From the NCBI GenBank assembly GCA_030065575.1, contig JASJDZ010000001.1, positions 209,884-273,883 on the forward strand: a stretch of 64,000 nucleotides of DNA. Direction: 5' to 3'. The position numbers and the translations under genes were made by a program. Each line of letters opens with the position of its first letter. The first letter of the stretch is position 1. Source of the DNA: Acidimicrobiia bacterium. Its GTDB lineage: Bacteria > Actinomycetota > Acidimicrobiia > Spongiisociales > UBA5794. The notes under the pieces are model-generated. The model did not search any database. It had not been told where the DNA came from and worked only from the letters and a program-made list of their open reading frames with translations. Shown here piece after piece: positions 8,002-18,400 of the stretch.

Positions 8002-8981
8002 GCGAACCTGCTGACAGTGCCGACGTGATCGTGGTCGGGGCCGGCATGGCAGGCCTGACCGCAGCCCGGGAGCTAAAACAGGCCGGAGTGTCGACTCTGA
8101 TCGTCGACAAGGGACGGGCCCCCGGGGGCCGAATGGCAACCAGGACGATCAACGGTGCCCGCTTTGATCATGGAGCTCAGCACTTCAGTGCGCGCTCCGC
8201 CGAGTTTCGAAGCAAGGCCGCCGAACTGCAGGACGCCGGTGTCGTCCGCAGTTGGTATGAGGCCGACAGCAGGACAACTCCCGGCCTGCGCCGCGAACCG
8301 CGACTAGTCGGCGTGGGCGGCATGCGTCGCATCCCAGAGCATCTGGCCGATGGACTGGATGTGCGGATGTCGATCACAATCGATCGGCTCCACTGGGACG
8401 GCTCGGAAATCATCGCTCTCGCCGGGAACACGCCCATTGCGCGCGGCTCGGCGATCATTCTCACTCTCCCGGTGCCGCAGTTGATCAACCTGCTCGGGGC
8501 CAGCGACACGCAGCCGAGCACTGCGACGCGCGACCATCTCGGCGCAGTCAGTTACAACCCCAGCTTTGCGGTGATGGCCACGCTCGACGCGCCCGGCGGA
8601 CTGCAGGACGGTCACCTCGCAGGGCCGACACAGGACGTCGCTTGGATCGCAGATAACCAGCACAAGGGCACGTCGGAGCTACCCGCAGTGACGATCCACT
8701 CGACCGCCGACTATGCCGCTGCTCATCTCGACGCGGACCGGGATCAATGGACGGATCATCTTGCCAACCAGGTTGCGCCGATCCTGGAGGGGAGGATCAT
8801 CGACGCCGTGGGACATCGGTGGATGTATGCGGAGCCCCGGACAACGTTCGATTCGGGAGCTATTGCCCTCGACTCTGCTCCCCGGACCGTGCTGGCCGGC
8901 GAGGTGTTTGCGGGCGCCAAGGTCGAGGGGGCGTTCCTCTCCGGACTGGCAGCTGCCGGTGCGGTCCTGGAGATGCAGTGA
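7998..8981 (+). CDS. NAD(P)/FAD-dependent oxidoreductase (amine-oxidase/renalase-like, COG3380-type)
   Basis: 'DVIVVGAGMAGLTAARELKQAG' dinucleotide-binding motif. The ATG at 7998 overlaps the upstream stop (ATGA). Confidence 0.75.
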   Translation: MSEPADSADVIVVGAGMAGLTAARELKQAGVSTLIVDKGRAPGGRMATRTINGARFDHGAQHFSARSAEFRSKAAELQDAGVVRSWYEADSRTTPGLRREPRLVGVGGMRRIPEHLADGLDVRMSITIDRLHWDGSEIIALAGNTPIARGSAIILTLPVPQLINLLGASDTQPSTATRDHLGAVSYNPSFAVMATLDAPGGLQDGHLAGPTQDVAWIADNQHKGTSELPAVTIHSTADYAAAHLDADRDQWTDHLANQVAPILEGRIIDAVGHRWMYAEPRTTFDSGAIALDSAPRTVLAGEVFAGAKVEGAFLSGLAAAGAVLEMQ

Positions 8982-9361
8982 AGCACGCTCGGGCGTCACT
9001 AGAGATAAGCGCAACTGCCGATGAGGTATGGCGCCTCATTTCCGAGTTCGACTACTGGCCACAGTGGGGCCCAACGGTCCTAGCCGTCGCGAGCAATGCA
9101 GCAGCAGTCGGGCACGGGGTGACCGGACGGGTCAAGACGATCGGGGGCCTGTGGTTGCCCTTCACCATCGTCGAGGTCGAGCCCGGCCGCTCGTGGAGCT
9201 GGAAAGTCGCCGGCGTGCCTATGACGGGGCACAGCGTCACCGACCTGGGCGACGGCAAGATCATGGTCGAGTTCACCGTTCCGATGCTTCTAGCTCCCTA
9301 CGTACTCGTGCTCCGGAGAGGCCTGAGCAATCTCAAGCGCATGGCCGAGGCAGGCCCGTAG
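8978..9361 (+). CDS. SRPBCC (polyketide cyclase/START-like) domain protein
   Basis: GTG 8978 overlaps the upstream stop (GTGA). 'ISATADEVWRLISEFDYWPQWGP' is typical of the SRPBCC N-terminus. 127 aa. Confidence 0.65.
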   Translation: MKHARASLEISATADEVWRLISEFDYWPQWGPTVLAVASNAAAVGHGVTGRVKTIGGLWLPFTIVEVEPGRSWSWKVAGVPMTGHSVTDLGDGKIMVEFTVPMLLAPYVLVLRRGLSNLKRMAEAGP

Positions 9362-9652
9362 CTACCTCCGCAGGTAAGGCGGCACGCGATAGGTGTAGGT
9401 GGCGTTCGGCCCAACCAACTTCACCTCATCGGCTTCCCGATCGAAGACGATGGTGTCCCAGGCCGCTTCGAGATCATGCAATGGCATGAAGGACTTCGAA
9501 GTCCCATCCTGCCGAAGTGCCAGGCCGGTGCCCTTCGCAGAGAACTCGACTTCCTCTTCCGACGTGACGACCTCTCCAAGCGGCTCGAAGAAGGCTCGAA
9601 AGGACGCAACCACTGCGGGCCATTCGATCCGGGCAACTACCTCATCAGACAT
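9362..9652 (-). CDS. hypothetical protein
   Basis: Acidic 96-aa ORF from the internal Met 'MSDEVVARIEWP'. The longer track ORF (to 9760) would overlap the upstream gene. Confidence 0.45.
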   Translation of the reverse strand: MSDEVVARIEWPAVVASFRAFFEPLGEVVTSEEEVEFSAKGTGLALRQDGTSKSFMPLHDLEAAWDTIVFDREADEVKLVGPNATYTYRVPPYLRR

Positions 9653-9686
9653 GACCTCGAGGCTAGTGGAGGGCCCGGATGCGCCT

Positions 9687-10412
9687 CTACTGCGCAGCTT
9701 CCTCGGCCTTAGGAGGCTGCTTGCCCTTCGAGCGCAGCTTGCGTAGTTGCGAAGCACCACTGGAACTGAACGCGCTTCCCGGGCTCAGACGTCTCCGTGG
9801 GCGTTTTGGGGTCTCCTTCGCCTTGCGCCGTTTCGCTCCCCCGCGGAATAGGACAGCACCGATGAGGACCACGAAGAGCCCGACGGCCGGACCCCAGACG
9901 ACCGGCGAGTTCACAAAGGCTGTAAGCGATTCGAGAGCAGTAGCGGCAGTACGTTCGGCTTCTGCTGCTTCCGTGTACCTCACCGCAGTAGACCCCACCA
10001 CAGATGTGTATCCGGCTGGGATGGATCCATTCGGCCTGAAGAGCATCGTCGCAGTGCAGAGCGAGTCGGCGAATGGCTGCGCGTCGTTCGACGGGACAAC
10101 CAGATAGGTCCTACCTTCCTGGTATGTGCGATCGTTCGGGCCGGAGGATGCACCGTCGGGGTCACCGCCGTACACAAGAACGATGGAATCGAGTAGGGGC
10201 CCCTTCCATATCTCGACCACCTTCATCGCGGCAACGCGATCATTCGAAGCTAGCGAATCCACTTTGCCGACAAAGACAACGTCGGCGCGCCGCAGAGCAT
10301 TAACGACGTCAGGTGATTCGGCGCATGCTGCGCGAGCCGGGGCAGCATCAGCCACGAGAACGAAGCTGAGTCCCAGCAAACAAAGCACCACTGCGGTGAT
10401 CCGACGAGCCAT
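9687..10412 (-). CDS. secreted protein with C-terminal TM anchor and basic tail (mature N-terminal Cys; possibly TIMP/OB-like)
   Basis: Signal peptide 'VVLCLLGLSFVLVADAAPARA|AC'. C-terminal helix 'VVWGPAVGLFVVLIGAVLF' followed by 'RGGAKRRKAKETPKRPRRR'. Last gene of the TadG/TadE string. Confidence 0.7.
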   Translation of the reverse strand: MARRITAVVLCLLGLSFVLVADAAPARAACAESPDVVNALRRADVVFVGKVDSLASNDRVAAMKVVEIWKGPLLDSIVLVYGGDPDGASSGPNDRTYQEGRTYLVVPSNDAQPFADSLCTATMLFRPNGSIPAGYTSVVGSTAVRYTEAAEAERTAATALESLTAFVNSPVVWGPAVGLFVVLIGAVLFRGGAKRRKAKETPKRPRRRLSPGSAFSSSGASQLRKLRSKGKQPPKAEEAAQ

Positions 10413-10458
10413 GGTTGTTCTATCGGCGGGCTGGGATCGCAGTTGAGCGAGACGCGGG

Positions 10459-10863
10459 CTACGGCGAGGGCGCGCAGGTATCGTCGGTGAACAACTCTCC
10501 CTCGGCCGTTGCGTTCAGGGTGACGGTTCCAGGACCGAGCGGCGAAAGAAGGTCCATGTCGCGGCTGAGCGACACGCGAATGGAATCGCCGCCAGCGGGG
10601 CACGTAACCACAACGTCTGAAGGGAACGTGTCCGGGTGGTTCAAACTCTCGGCGACCCGGGTCTGGACTCCCGAGTACGCATCCGGGTAGTACGAACCCC
10701 ACAAGGATCCTTCCTGGACTGCCTGGTGAAGCTCGATCTTGGCGTAGACCAACCGGCCAACGTCGAGGAGACCAAAGAGGAGCAGGACGAGGAGGGGAAG
10801 CACCAGCGCCGTCTCGACGAGAGCCACGCCCTGGTCCTTCTCGTTGGTCCTTCGGCGCATCAT
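10459..10863 (-). CDS. TadE-like pseudopilin
   Basis: 'DQGVALVETALVLPLLVLLLFGLLDVGRL' TadE N-terminal motif. The start overlaps the upstream stop (ATGA). Confidence 0.85.
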   Translation of the reverse strand: MMRRRTNEKDQGVALVETALVLPLLVLLLFGLLDVGRLVYAKIELHQAVQEGSLWGSYYPDAYSGVQTRVAESLNHPDTFPSDVVVTCPAGGDSIRVSLSRDMDLLSPLGPGTVTLNATAEGELFTDDTCAPSP

Positions 10864-11345
10864 GGTGAGAGGATCGTTCGTCGATCGACGGATGTGACTG
10901 TTAACGACCCGAGGATGTCACCAATAATCGGAGTAATTGGCTCAAAGCCGTAGCTCGTGGTCACCAGGATCCGGTCGCCATTCCCCAAGTCGCCGGGATC
11001 CGGCGCCGGTCCACCCACGGGACAGGTGTCCTTCACCACGGTCGCCGGCCCCGAGTCGTATTCGATTGTGATATTCGCCGGCAGCAGCTCGATGCTCTCC
11101 GACAACCACATGCCGGCGTCGCGGATAGCTGGACAATCGACATAGTGGGGGTCGCCAATCCCGTTTGTGCCCACCGCCGATCCGTGTCGCGCTGCTTCCC
11201 GGCTGGCGGTCCGTACTGCATTGTGGGTCGAGATGAGACGGGCGCTATCGATGACGCCGAAGAGCAAGAACAGGATGAGGGGTAGCACGAGAGCGGACTC
11301 GACGAGGGAGGCGCCATTCTCGGACCGGAGTGATCGCAACATCAT
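10860..11345 (-). CDS. TadE-like pseudopilin
   Basis: Internal start 'MMLRSLRSENGASLVESALVLPLILFLLFGVIDSARL'. ATGA overlap with the TadG-like gene. Confidence 0.85.
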   Translation of the reverse strand: MMLRSLRSENGASLVESALVLPLILFLLFGVIDSARLISTHNAVRTASREAARHGSAVGTNGIGDPHYVDCPAIRDAGMWLSESIELLPANITIEYDSGPATVVKDTCPVGGPAPDPGDLGNGDRILVTTSYGFEPITPIIGDILGSLTVTSVDRRTILSP

Positions 11346-12481
11346 CGCAGGAGCTGCACTTTGAAGTCGGGGGGCAGGCCGGAGCCACCAGAATCGATCG
11401 TTATGTTGGAGCCGTTGAGGCGAACCGAATAGCCAATCAGGGACCCGGTGACCGTGGTGTTGTCCGAGCCGTTGAACTCGATGAGGCCGTTGGGGCCGTA
11501 GATGATCCCGGTCCACTCGTTGCTTGACCCGCCCATGTTGACCACGAACTTGTCACATTGCTCAACGCCGGAATAGGGCTGAGCTCCGAAGGCAAGCAAG
11601 CCGTCCACGTAGGGGTTCAGCTCCTGATCTGATGCGCTGAACTCAATGAAGCCCTCCGCAACCAGAGTTACGTCCGCAGTGATCGTCTTGTCGAGCTTGA
11701 TATTGCCTTTTGCGTAGTACAGCCCGTCACCGCGTGACTCGATGTACGAACCATCTATGTCGCCATTGCGGTAGTAGTACTCAGATCCGGCCGCAGTCGC
11801 GTTTGAGCTACCGGGCTGGTAGTCGGCTAACTCAAAGTTGACAGGCGATGACTGCGGCGTGATCGACTGGGGGTAGCCGGTATCGAAGGTGTTGCCACCG
11901 CCGCCGTTGGTGAAGTAGTCCACATATGTGACCGTATCAACCGGCGGATTAGTCGTTCCGAAGTCGTTGCTCGAGCCGCCGATGCGGATCCCATCATTGC
12001 TGTGTACCCCGCCGTAGATCGTCTGATTCGACCCCGAAATATCTATCTGGTCCTTGCCCCAGTTAGAGCAGTTGTCCCCGAGAGCGAAGATGCTCGTCGA
12101 TGCGCTGCTTGCTCCAGTGCATGCAGCTGCAGCGTTGGCGTTCACCGAGAGAGTGCTCAACCCGAGGAGCTGAGCAAACCCGAGAGCGACATCATCCCCA
12201 ACCGAGGCCTCCCACTCGCCGGATGATGGCTCTGTCAGTGTCAGGTCTCCAGCCGTATGACCGTTTCGTATGGTCGCGGTCTGCGCAGCCGTCGTCGGGT
12301 CGTTGCCGTGGCAGTCGGCCCAGGCCGCCGAGAGGGCAGCGTGATCAGCGGCATTCTGTACGGCGCGTCGCGCCACCATGACCATCCCAATGTCAACCGC
12401 TAACGCACTCAGCATGAGCAGAACAACGAGGGAAACGGTCACCGTCACCAGCACGGCGCCTTCTTCGCTCGGGCCTTTCAT
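11342..12481 (-). CDS. TadG-like (Tad_N domain) putative pilus-assembly protein
   Basis: 'GAVLVTVTVSLVVLLMLSALAVDIGMVMVARRAVQNAADHAALSAA' matches the Flp pilus TadE/G-like N-terminal domain. Gly/Ser/Asn-rich remainder. Confidence 0.8.
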   Translation of the reverse strand: MKGPSEEGAVLVTVTVSLVVLLMLSALAVDIGMVMVARRAVQNAADHAALSAAWADCHGNDPTTAAQTATIRNGHTAGDLTLTEPSSGEWEASVGDDVALGFAQLLGLSTLSVNANAAAACTGASSASTSIFALGDNCSNWGKDQIDISGSNQTIYGGVHSNDGIRIGGSSNDFGTTNPPVDTVTYVDYFTNGGGGNTFDTGYPQSITPQSSPVNFELADYQPGSSNATAAGSEYYYRNGDIDGSYIESRGDGLYYAKGNIKLDKTITADVTLVAEGFIEFSASDQELNPYVDGLLAFGAQPYSGVEQCDKFVVNMGGSSNEWTGIIYGPNGLIEFNGSDNTTVTGSLIGYSVRLNGSNITIDSGGSGLPPDFKVQLLR

Positions 12482-12611
12482 ATGATTCCTCAGACGACCA
12501 TTTCCCTATCGGCATTAGCGGCGGTGAATCTTTAACCGCTTGGCCCATTCAGCGGCGGGAAGTGGCGTTATGAGGCCGACAATCGTGGCCGTCGGATCGA
12601 CCCGATCTGTT

Positions 12612-13169
12612 CTATCTGGTGGCTTCGATCAAGATGAACTCAGCGAGCAGCCCGAGGCGGTCGCCATCGAGGATGAACCGGGTAACCGCCCCCATGTTGG
12701 TCGGCAGATCGACGTCCTGGTCACCGAGGAACCCATCGCAGCCAATCTCCGTCTGCGCAAATGCAGGACCGAGGGTGATCGGCTGACCTTCCGGGGTGTT
12801 GTCGAGAGCCGATTCCGGCTCGTAGTAGGTGCCGGAGGTCGCGAAGGTGGTTCCCCCTGAGTTACAGCCGGTGTTGTAGGAGACGGACCCGTCGGCATTG
12901 AACTCGATGAACACCGGATCGCTGCCGACGACGTTGGTGAAGCCACCACCATCGGGCAGTGCGTAGTTGGTGATTTCCCACCTGCCGAGCAGTTCTTCGC
13001 TGCGGTCCTCGCCTGCGGGCGGCTCGGGCTCGTCCGGCGGCAACGTGGTAGTAACTGTTGTCTCAGCCGCCGTCGTTGCCGGGGCTTCTGTAGTGGAAGT
13101 GGATTCGTCGCCACCGCATGCCGCAATGGCCAGTGTCAGCGCAATGAGAAGCGTTGTTCGTTTGAGCAT
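12612..13169 (-). CDS. META-domain (HslJ-like) lipoprotein
   Basis: Lipobox 'LTLAIAAC'. META-like pattern 'WEITNY...FNADGSVSYNTGCNSGGTTF...TEIGC'. Confidence 0.65.
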   Translation of the reverse strand: MLKRTTLLIALTLAIAACGGDESTSTTEAPATTAAETTVTTTLPPDEPEPPAGEDRSEELLGRWEITNYALPDGGGFTNVVGSDPVFIEFNADGSVSYNTGCNSGGTTFATSGTYYEPESALDNTPEGQPITLGPAFAQTEIGCDGFLGDQDVDLPTNMGAVTRFILDGDRLGLLAEFILIEATR

Positions 13170-13223
13170 GGCTGAACCCTATACGCCGGGGTTCCGGTCT
13201 GGTGCCGCATTACGCAATGGAAC

Positions 13224-14318
13224 TCAGGGATGAGGCTGCCTGGAGACGACCTTCGCTTCGCCCGACGCCCCGGCAAATCTCCCGCCGAAGTACTTACGGA
13301 AAGCCCATCGCGACAGCCGATCGCCCCCCAGCCGGTACTTCAAACCGTTGCTGTAGATCTGGAGCAGGTACACCGTTTCTCGGTCGTTGCTGTCGGTATA
13401 TCGATCCTTGGCGGCATTCCAGATTCCGCCGTACCCAACCGACTTCAAGCCAAGCCCGACGGCAACCCCAACCGACTCCGCAATGATCGCCTCATAGGCG
13501 TGGTGATTGTCCCTCGATCGATCAAACCCACCCTCAGAAAGCTCTAGGTGATCTCTGTGGCGTACAAAGGACTGCAGCCCGGTGACACTTCCCTCGTTCT
13601 CCGTGTAGATGTGAACGGTGTCCTCACAGTTGGTGAAGAACGAACCACAAACCTGGTACGCATACTCCTTGAACTGCCATCGGCCGATACCTCCGTGATG
13701 ACGGTAGGTCGCCAAGACCAAATCGGAGAAGCGCCGTGCGAGTTCCGGATCGACTGGCCCTTCCCGGACATGGACGGTGCCACCTGCCTTGGAGTGATTG
13801 CGCAGGTGTCGCCGGAGCCGCTTGTGGAGAGCGAGGAAGTCGGCCTTGGTTTCGTAGCCACTGCAGTCGATCCGGCCGAGCCGGTAGTCCGTCTCTAGCA
13901 ATCGGTGTCGGATGAGCGGTAGCGCGGTGCGAACGTCATCATCGATCCGCCCGAAGAACATGCCGTAGAACATGCTGCGGCGGGCTATAGCCCCGAGCAG
14001 GGCAGCCGCCACGCGGGGCCGATCTGCCCGCTCTGTGTAGTAGAAGGCAGTATCCCAACCGACGTGGTTGCCCTCTCCAAGCAACTGCTTGATGGAGACA
14101 AACGGTCGAGCACTCATCAAGCTGGTGACGCCCAGAAGCTCACCGCTCTGGTCTACTGCTCGCAGGAGTTGGAAGAAGCGGCCCGCCGGCGGGATCACAT
14201 CGAGCATGCTCAGCGCAATTCCTCGCTTCAGCAGATCTGGCTCGAGAGCGATGCGCTCTTCCGGGCGCAGCGAATCCTTCGATACGATTACCCGGGCCGG
14301 TATGCCGCCGTCCCCCAT
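13224..14318 (-). CDS. hypothetical protein (possible GNAT/FemAB-fold acyltransferase)
   Basis: 364-aa ORF with coding-like composition. The fold guess is from weak recollection only. Confidence 0.5.
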   Translation of the reverse strand: MGDGGIPARVIVSKDSLRPEERIALEPDLLKRGIALSMLDVIPPAGRFFQLLRAVDQSGELLGVTSLMSARPFVSIKQLLGEGNHVGWDTAFYYTERADRPRVAAALLGAIARRSMFYGMFFGRIDDDVRTALPLIRHRLLETDYRLGRIDCSGYETKADFLALHKRLRRHLRNHSKAGGTVHVREGPVDPELARRFSDLVLATYRHHGGIGRWQFKEYAYQVCGSFFTNCEDTVHIYTENEGSVTGLQSFVRHRDHLELSEGGFDRSRDNHHAYEAIIAESVGVAVGLGLKSVGYGGIWNAAKDRYTDSNDRETVYLLQIYSNGLKYRLGGDRLSRWAFRKYFGGRFAGASGEAKVVSRQPHP

Positions 14319-14389
14319 TTGTCCTCTCTTGCCTCGAACCTCAATCGGATCGTTCGGCCCAGCCTATCTGGGTTGGCAGAGGGCCGTGG

Positions 14390-15274
14390 CTAGGAGGATC
14401 GACTTGACTGCATCAACCGTGCATACGGAGAGGTTGTTGCGGGCCCGCTGCGGCCAACGGCTGGTTCGCCCAGCGCTACGTCGAGGATCGACTCCAGTGC
14501 CTGCGCTCCTGCCGGATCGTCAGGATCGATCAGCTCGGCGTGCCTGGTCTCGAGGATCTCCAACCCGACAGGGTGACCTGCCTCATCGAGTTGGCTGAAG
14601 TAGCGCTCGGCAAACTCGGCGGGGACATTGGCATCGCGGGCGCCGTGGACCATCACCAGCGGGATTTGGCTCGACCTGGAGACACCGTCGATCAGGTAGG
14701 GAGTGTGATCCTTGTCCCAGCTCCGGGTGGCTACCTTCGAGTCGTACTTGTAGGCGCCGCCGAGCCCGACGACAGCCTGCGGCAGATGCGAGATCCCCGG
14801 TAGGCAGTCAAAGTCGTAGGAACCCTCCGCGGTGAGCCGAATCGCCGTTGCCGGATACCCGCCATACGAGAACCCAACCAGAATCAGATTCTCCGGGTCG
14901 GCTCCGAACTCGGCTGCTCGGCTCCGTGAGTACCGGATCGAGCACACAACGTCGCGGAAGGTGTCTTCGATCTCCTGCTGGCTGCGGGGCTGGCCGCTGT
15001 AGTAGTTGGGGACTGCGACGACTGCGCCGCGGCCTGCGAGGGTCCGGGCGAGCGGTGTCATGTCGCCGTTGCCCTTGTCGCCACCACCGTGCAGCAGCAC
15101 GATGAGCGGTGCAGCGCCGGCTGCTTGGGACGGAACGTGGAAGTCGATGGTCTGCCCCTGCGGCACCGACTGGCCGGCAACGACTGTTGAGTCGCTTGCG
15201 GATCCAATGGCCAGCGGCCCGAAGCTGATGAGTACCAAGGTGAGGGCGATGGTGGTGCGTGTTGTGTAGCTCAT
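14390..15274 (-). CDS. secreted alpha/beta hydrolase (esterase)
   Basis: Signal/TM 'IALTLVLISFGPLAIGSAS', oxyanion 'VLLHGGG' and nucleophile elbow 'GFSYGG'. Start taken at the internal Met. Confidence 0.8.
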   Translation of the reverse strand: MSYTTRTTIALTLVLISFGPLAIGSASDSTVVAGQSVPQGQTIDFHVPSQAAGAAPLIVLLHGGGDKGNGDMTPLARTLAGRGAVVAVPNYYSGQPRSQQEIEDTFRDVVCSIRYSRSRAAEFGADPENLILVGFSYGGYPATAIRLTAEGSYDFDCLPGISHLPQAVVGLGGAYKYDSKVATRSWDKDHTPYLIDGVSRSSQIPLVMVHGARDANVPAEFAERYFSQLDEAGHPVGLEILETRHAELIDPDDPAGAQALESILDVALGEPAVGRSGPATTSPYARLMQSSRSS

Positions 15275-15418
15275 GCCGCCACGGTCCGTGATGGGCCTTA
15301 GCGCGGCATTAGCCGCCAATTAGCGCCTCGAGCAGGGCGTTTAAGTCACGTGAAAGGTCAGATTGATGAGCTTCCTGGGTGACAGATTTGCCCTACCAAA
15401 GCGACGGGGAGCGTTTCT

Positions 15419-18400
15419 ATGCTTGACTACAGAGACGGGAAAAGGGGTGGCGTGGAATTCCGCGTTCTTGGAACTCTCGAAGCGGCACACGACGGGGAGC
15501 CGATCGATCTGGGCCCCCTCCGGCAGCGTTCCCTACTTGCGCTGCTGTTGATCCATGCGAATCGTGTAGTTGCAACCGATCGAATCCTCGAAGAGCTCTG
15601 GGGTGACGATGCTGTCGGTAAGGAGAACGCGCTGTGGGTGTACATCTCGCGCCTGCGCAGCGTCCTCGAACCGGACCGTCAGGGGCGTGGTGAGAGCACC
15701 GTCCTGGTGACACGCGATCACGGCTACATGCTGTCAATCGAGCCTGAGTCCATTGATGCGCACCGATTCGAAGCATCGGTCAATGTCGGCCGCTCGTCGG
15801 TACTCGACGACCCGTCCAAGGCGTCATCTGTATTGCGAGAAGCCGCCGACATGTGGCGCGGCCGAGCCTATGAGGACTTCGCCTACGACGAGTTTGCGCA
15901 GGCCGAGATCTCCCGGCTCGAGGAGCTACGCCTGGAAGCGATCGAAGGGCGCATCGAAGCCGATTTGCGGAGGGGCCAGGCTGGGGAGCTGGTCGGCGAG
16001 CTCGAAGCACTCCACCAGGATCATCCGCTGCGCGAGCGCTTTGTGAGTCAGCTGATGCTGGCGCTCTACAGGTCGGGGCGTCAGGCGGAGTCACTGCGCA
16101 CCTTCGAGCGGTTCCGTCGCCATGTCGGCGAGGAGATGGGAATCGAACCGTCTCCGGAGCTGTGTCGCCTGGAGGAGCAAGTGCTCCTGCACGACTCCCG
16201 GATCCAGGCCCGCAGGCCGAGTGCGGCCCGCTCCCCCGGCGGGCTCGTGGGATCCAATCCCTTCAAGGGACTGCAAACCTTCCTCGAACACGACAGCCCC
16301 GACTTCTTTGGCCGGGATCGACTGCTCGCCGACATCGTGCGACGGCTCGAGGAGGGCGCCGGGCTCCTCGCTCTTGTCGGTCCGAGCGGTTCGGGCAAGT
16401 CGAGCGCAGTGCGGGCCGGCCTGATCCCGGCACTACGCAAGGGGGCAATCGAGGGCTCCGACCGGTGGCTCATTGCACAGATGGTGCCCGGTTCTCAACC
16501 GTTTGCAGAACTGGAGGCTGCGCTGTTGCGGTCGTCGCTGGACGCTCCCGACTCGCTTTCCGAGCAGCTTGCCGACCCGGAGGTAGGGATCCTGCGGGCT
16601 GCCTTGCGGGTATTGCCGGACGACCAGGGCTGTCTTGTGCTCGTTATCGACCAGTTCGAGGAGCTATTCACCCTCGTCGATGACGAGCAGCGACGCAGTC
16701 GTTTCCTGGCGAATCTGCTGACGGCTCTCGACGACAGCCGGGGCCGGGTGGTTGTGGTCTTGACCCTTCGCGCCGATTTCTACGATCGGCCGCTGGCCTA
16801 CCCCGAGTTTGGCTCTCGAATGGGTAGCGGCGTTATCAACGTGGTTCCGCTATCGCCCGATGAGCTGGAGGTTGCCGCACAGCGGCCCGCCCAACAAGCC
16901 GGCGTCTCGATCGAACCGGCGCTGCTGGCCGCGTTGCTGACGGACGTCGTGGGCCGACCCGGAGGACTGCCTCTGTTCCAATACACGCTTACCGAGCTGT
17001 TTGATCGCCGGGTGGGTGATCTGCTCACGCTGGATACCTACCGGTCTATCGGGGGCGTTGGTGGAGCACTCACCAAGCGTGCTGAGGATCTCTATTCGCA
17101 ACTCGACGATGCTCAGCGGCAGGCCGCGGGCCAGTTGTTCCTGCGGCTGGTAACAATCACAAAAGACGACGAGTGGGGCCGGCGCCGGGTACCGGCGTCC
17201 GAGATGGTGTCCCTCGACGTCGACGTTGTTGCGTTGCAGGCCGTCATCGAGCTCTATGCCGCGCACCGGCTTCTGACCCTGGATCGGGACTTCGTGTCCG
17301 GCTCGCCGACTGTCGAGGTGGCGCATGAGGCGCTGCTCACGGAATGGGATCGCCTCCGCGACTGGATAGCCGACGGGCGTGAGGATGTGCGCCGCCATGC
17401 CTCGCTCCGCCTGGCGATGGAAGAGTGGATCGAGGCAGACCGCAACGCCGACTTCCTTCTCTCTGGCAGTCGCCTGGAGAGGTACGAGGAGTGGTCGGGC
17501 ACGGCGCAACTGCAGCTCAATGCGGGGCAGCGAGGTTTCCTGGAGGCCTCGATCGCGGCACGAGATCTTGCCACTCAGGTCGAGCAGGAGCGACTGGAAA
17601 CTGAGGCGAGAACCGCCCGATCTGCCAGGCGACGGCTCTGGGGCCTGGCAGCTGCGGTGACTGTCCTTGTAGCCGTCGCGATCATCTGGGGCGTCGTCGC
17701 TCTCGGCCCGGCACCAGCGACGGTGGCGATGTTCACCCCCAGTGATTGGCCCGAAAGCATGACCGATCTGATGGAGACGGGCTTTGCCCGTGCCGAACGT
17801 GAGCTCGATGTCGAGGTAGAGCTCCTCACTGGTCGATTCAGCGACGTGGAGAGCGAGTACCGCAACCTGGCCGAGTCGGGGACCGACCTGATCATCGTCG
17901 ACAGCAACCTGTCTGTGGCTCCCTGGCTCGAGGGAGTCATTGCGGACTACCCGGACACAGCCTTCGCTCTCATCGATCCGTTCTTCGTAATGCCGACCGG
18001 CGCGCTCTCCGTCGGCTTCGCCAATCAGGATGCCGCCTACCTGGCAGGGCTGGCCGCCGCGCTGACAACCGAGAGCGGAGTGGTCGGGTTTGTGGGCGGA
18101 GCTCAAGTCAACTCCGTCACGTCCTGGCGGGCCGGGTTCGAATCGGGAGTCTGGGCCGTGGACTCAGCAATCGACGTCCTGGCAATCCCGGCGACCGCCG
18201 ACACCAGCGGGTTCGCCGACACTGCCGCAGCCAAAGCTGCCGGTACACAGCTGTTTGAGAGCGGTGCCGATGTCATCCTGGCAGTAGCGGCTGACGCAAG
18301 CCTCGGAGTTGTCGAGGCGGCCTGGGAGCAAAGTGAGAGCACGGGCACGCAGCGCTGGGCAATCACTCCCGACTCGGATTGGTGGCCGACCGTGGACGAG

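Noticed and set aside
12482-12611. Looked for an flp-type pilin gene upstream of the TadG-like gene.
   Set aside because: The 130-nt gap has no ORF with a G/XXXXEY-type pilin signal and is too short.
16850-18106. 418-aa ORF antisense to the SARP-nSTAND-BMP gene. Similar long antisense or overlapping ORFs occur at 2070..2819, 19230..19979, 23758..24492, 28834..29727, 47068..47952, 56859..57545 and 60201..60785.
   Set aside because: Each lies entirely inside a gene with strong family motifs on the other strand. The translations are Arg/Gly/Pro-rich and motif-less, which is typical of shadow ORFs in GC-rich DNA.
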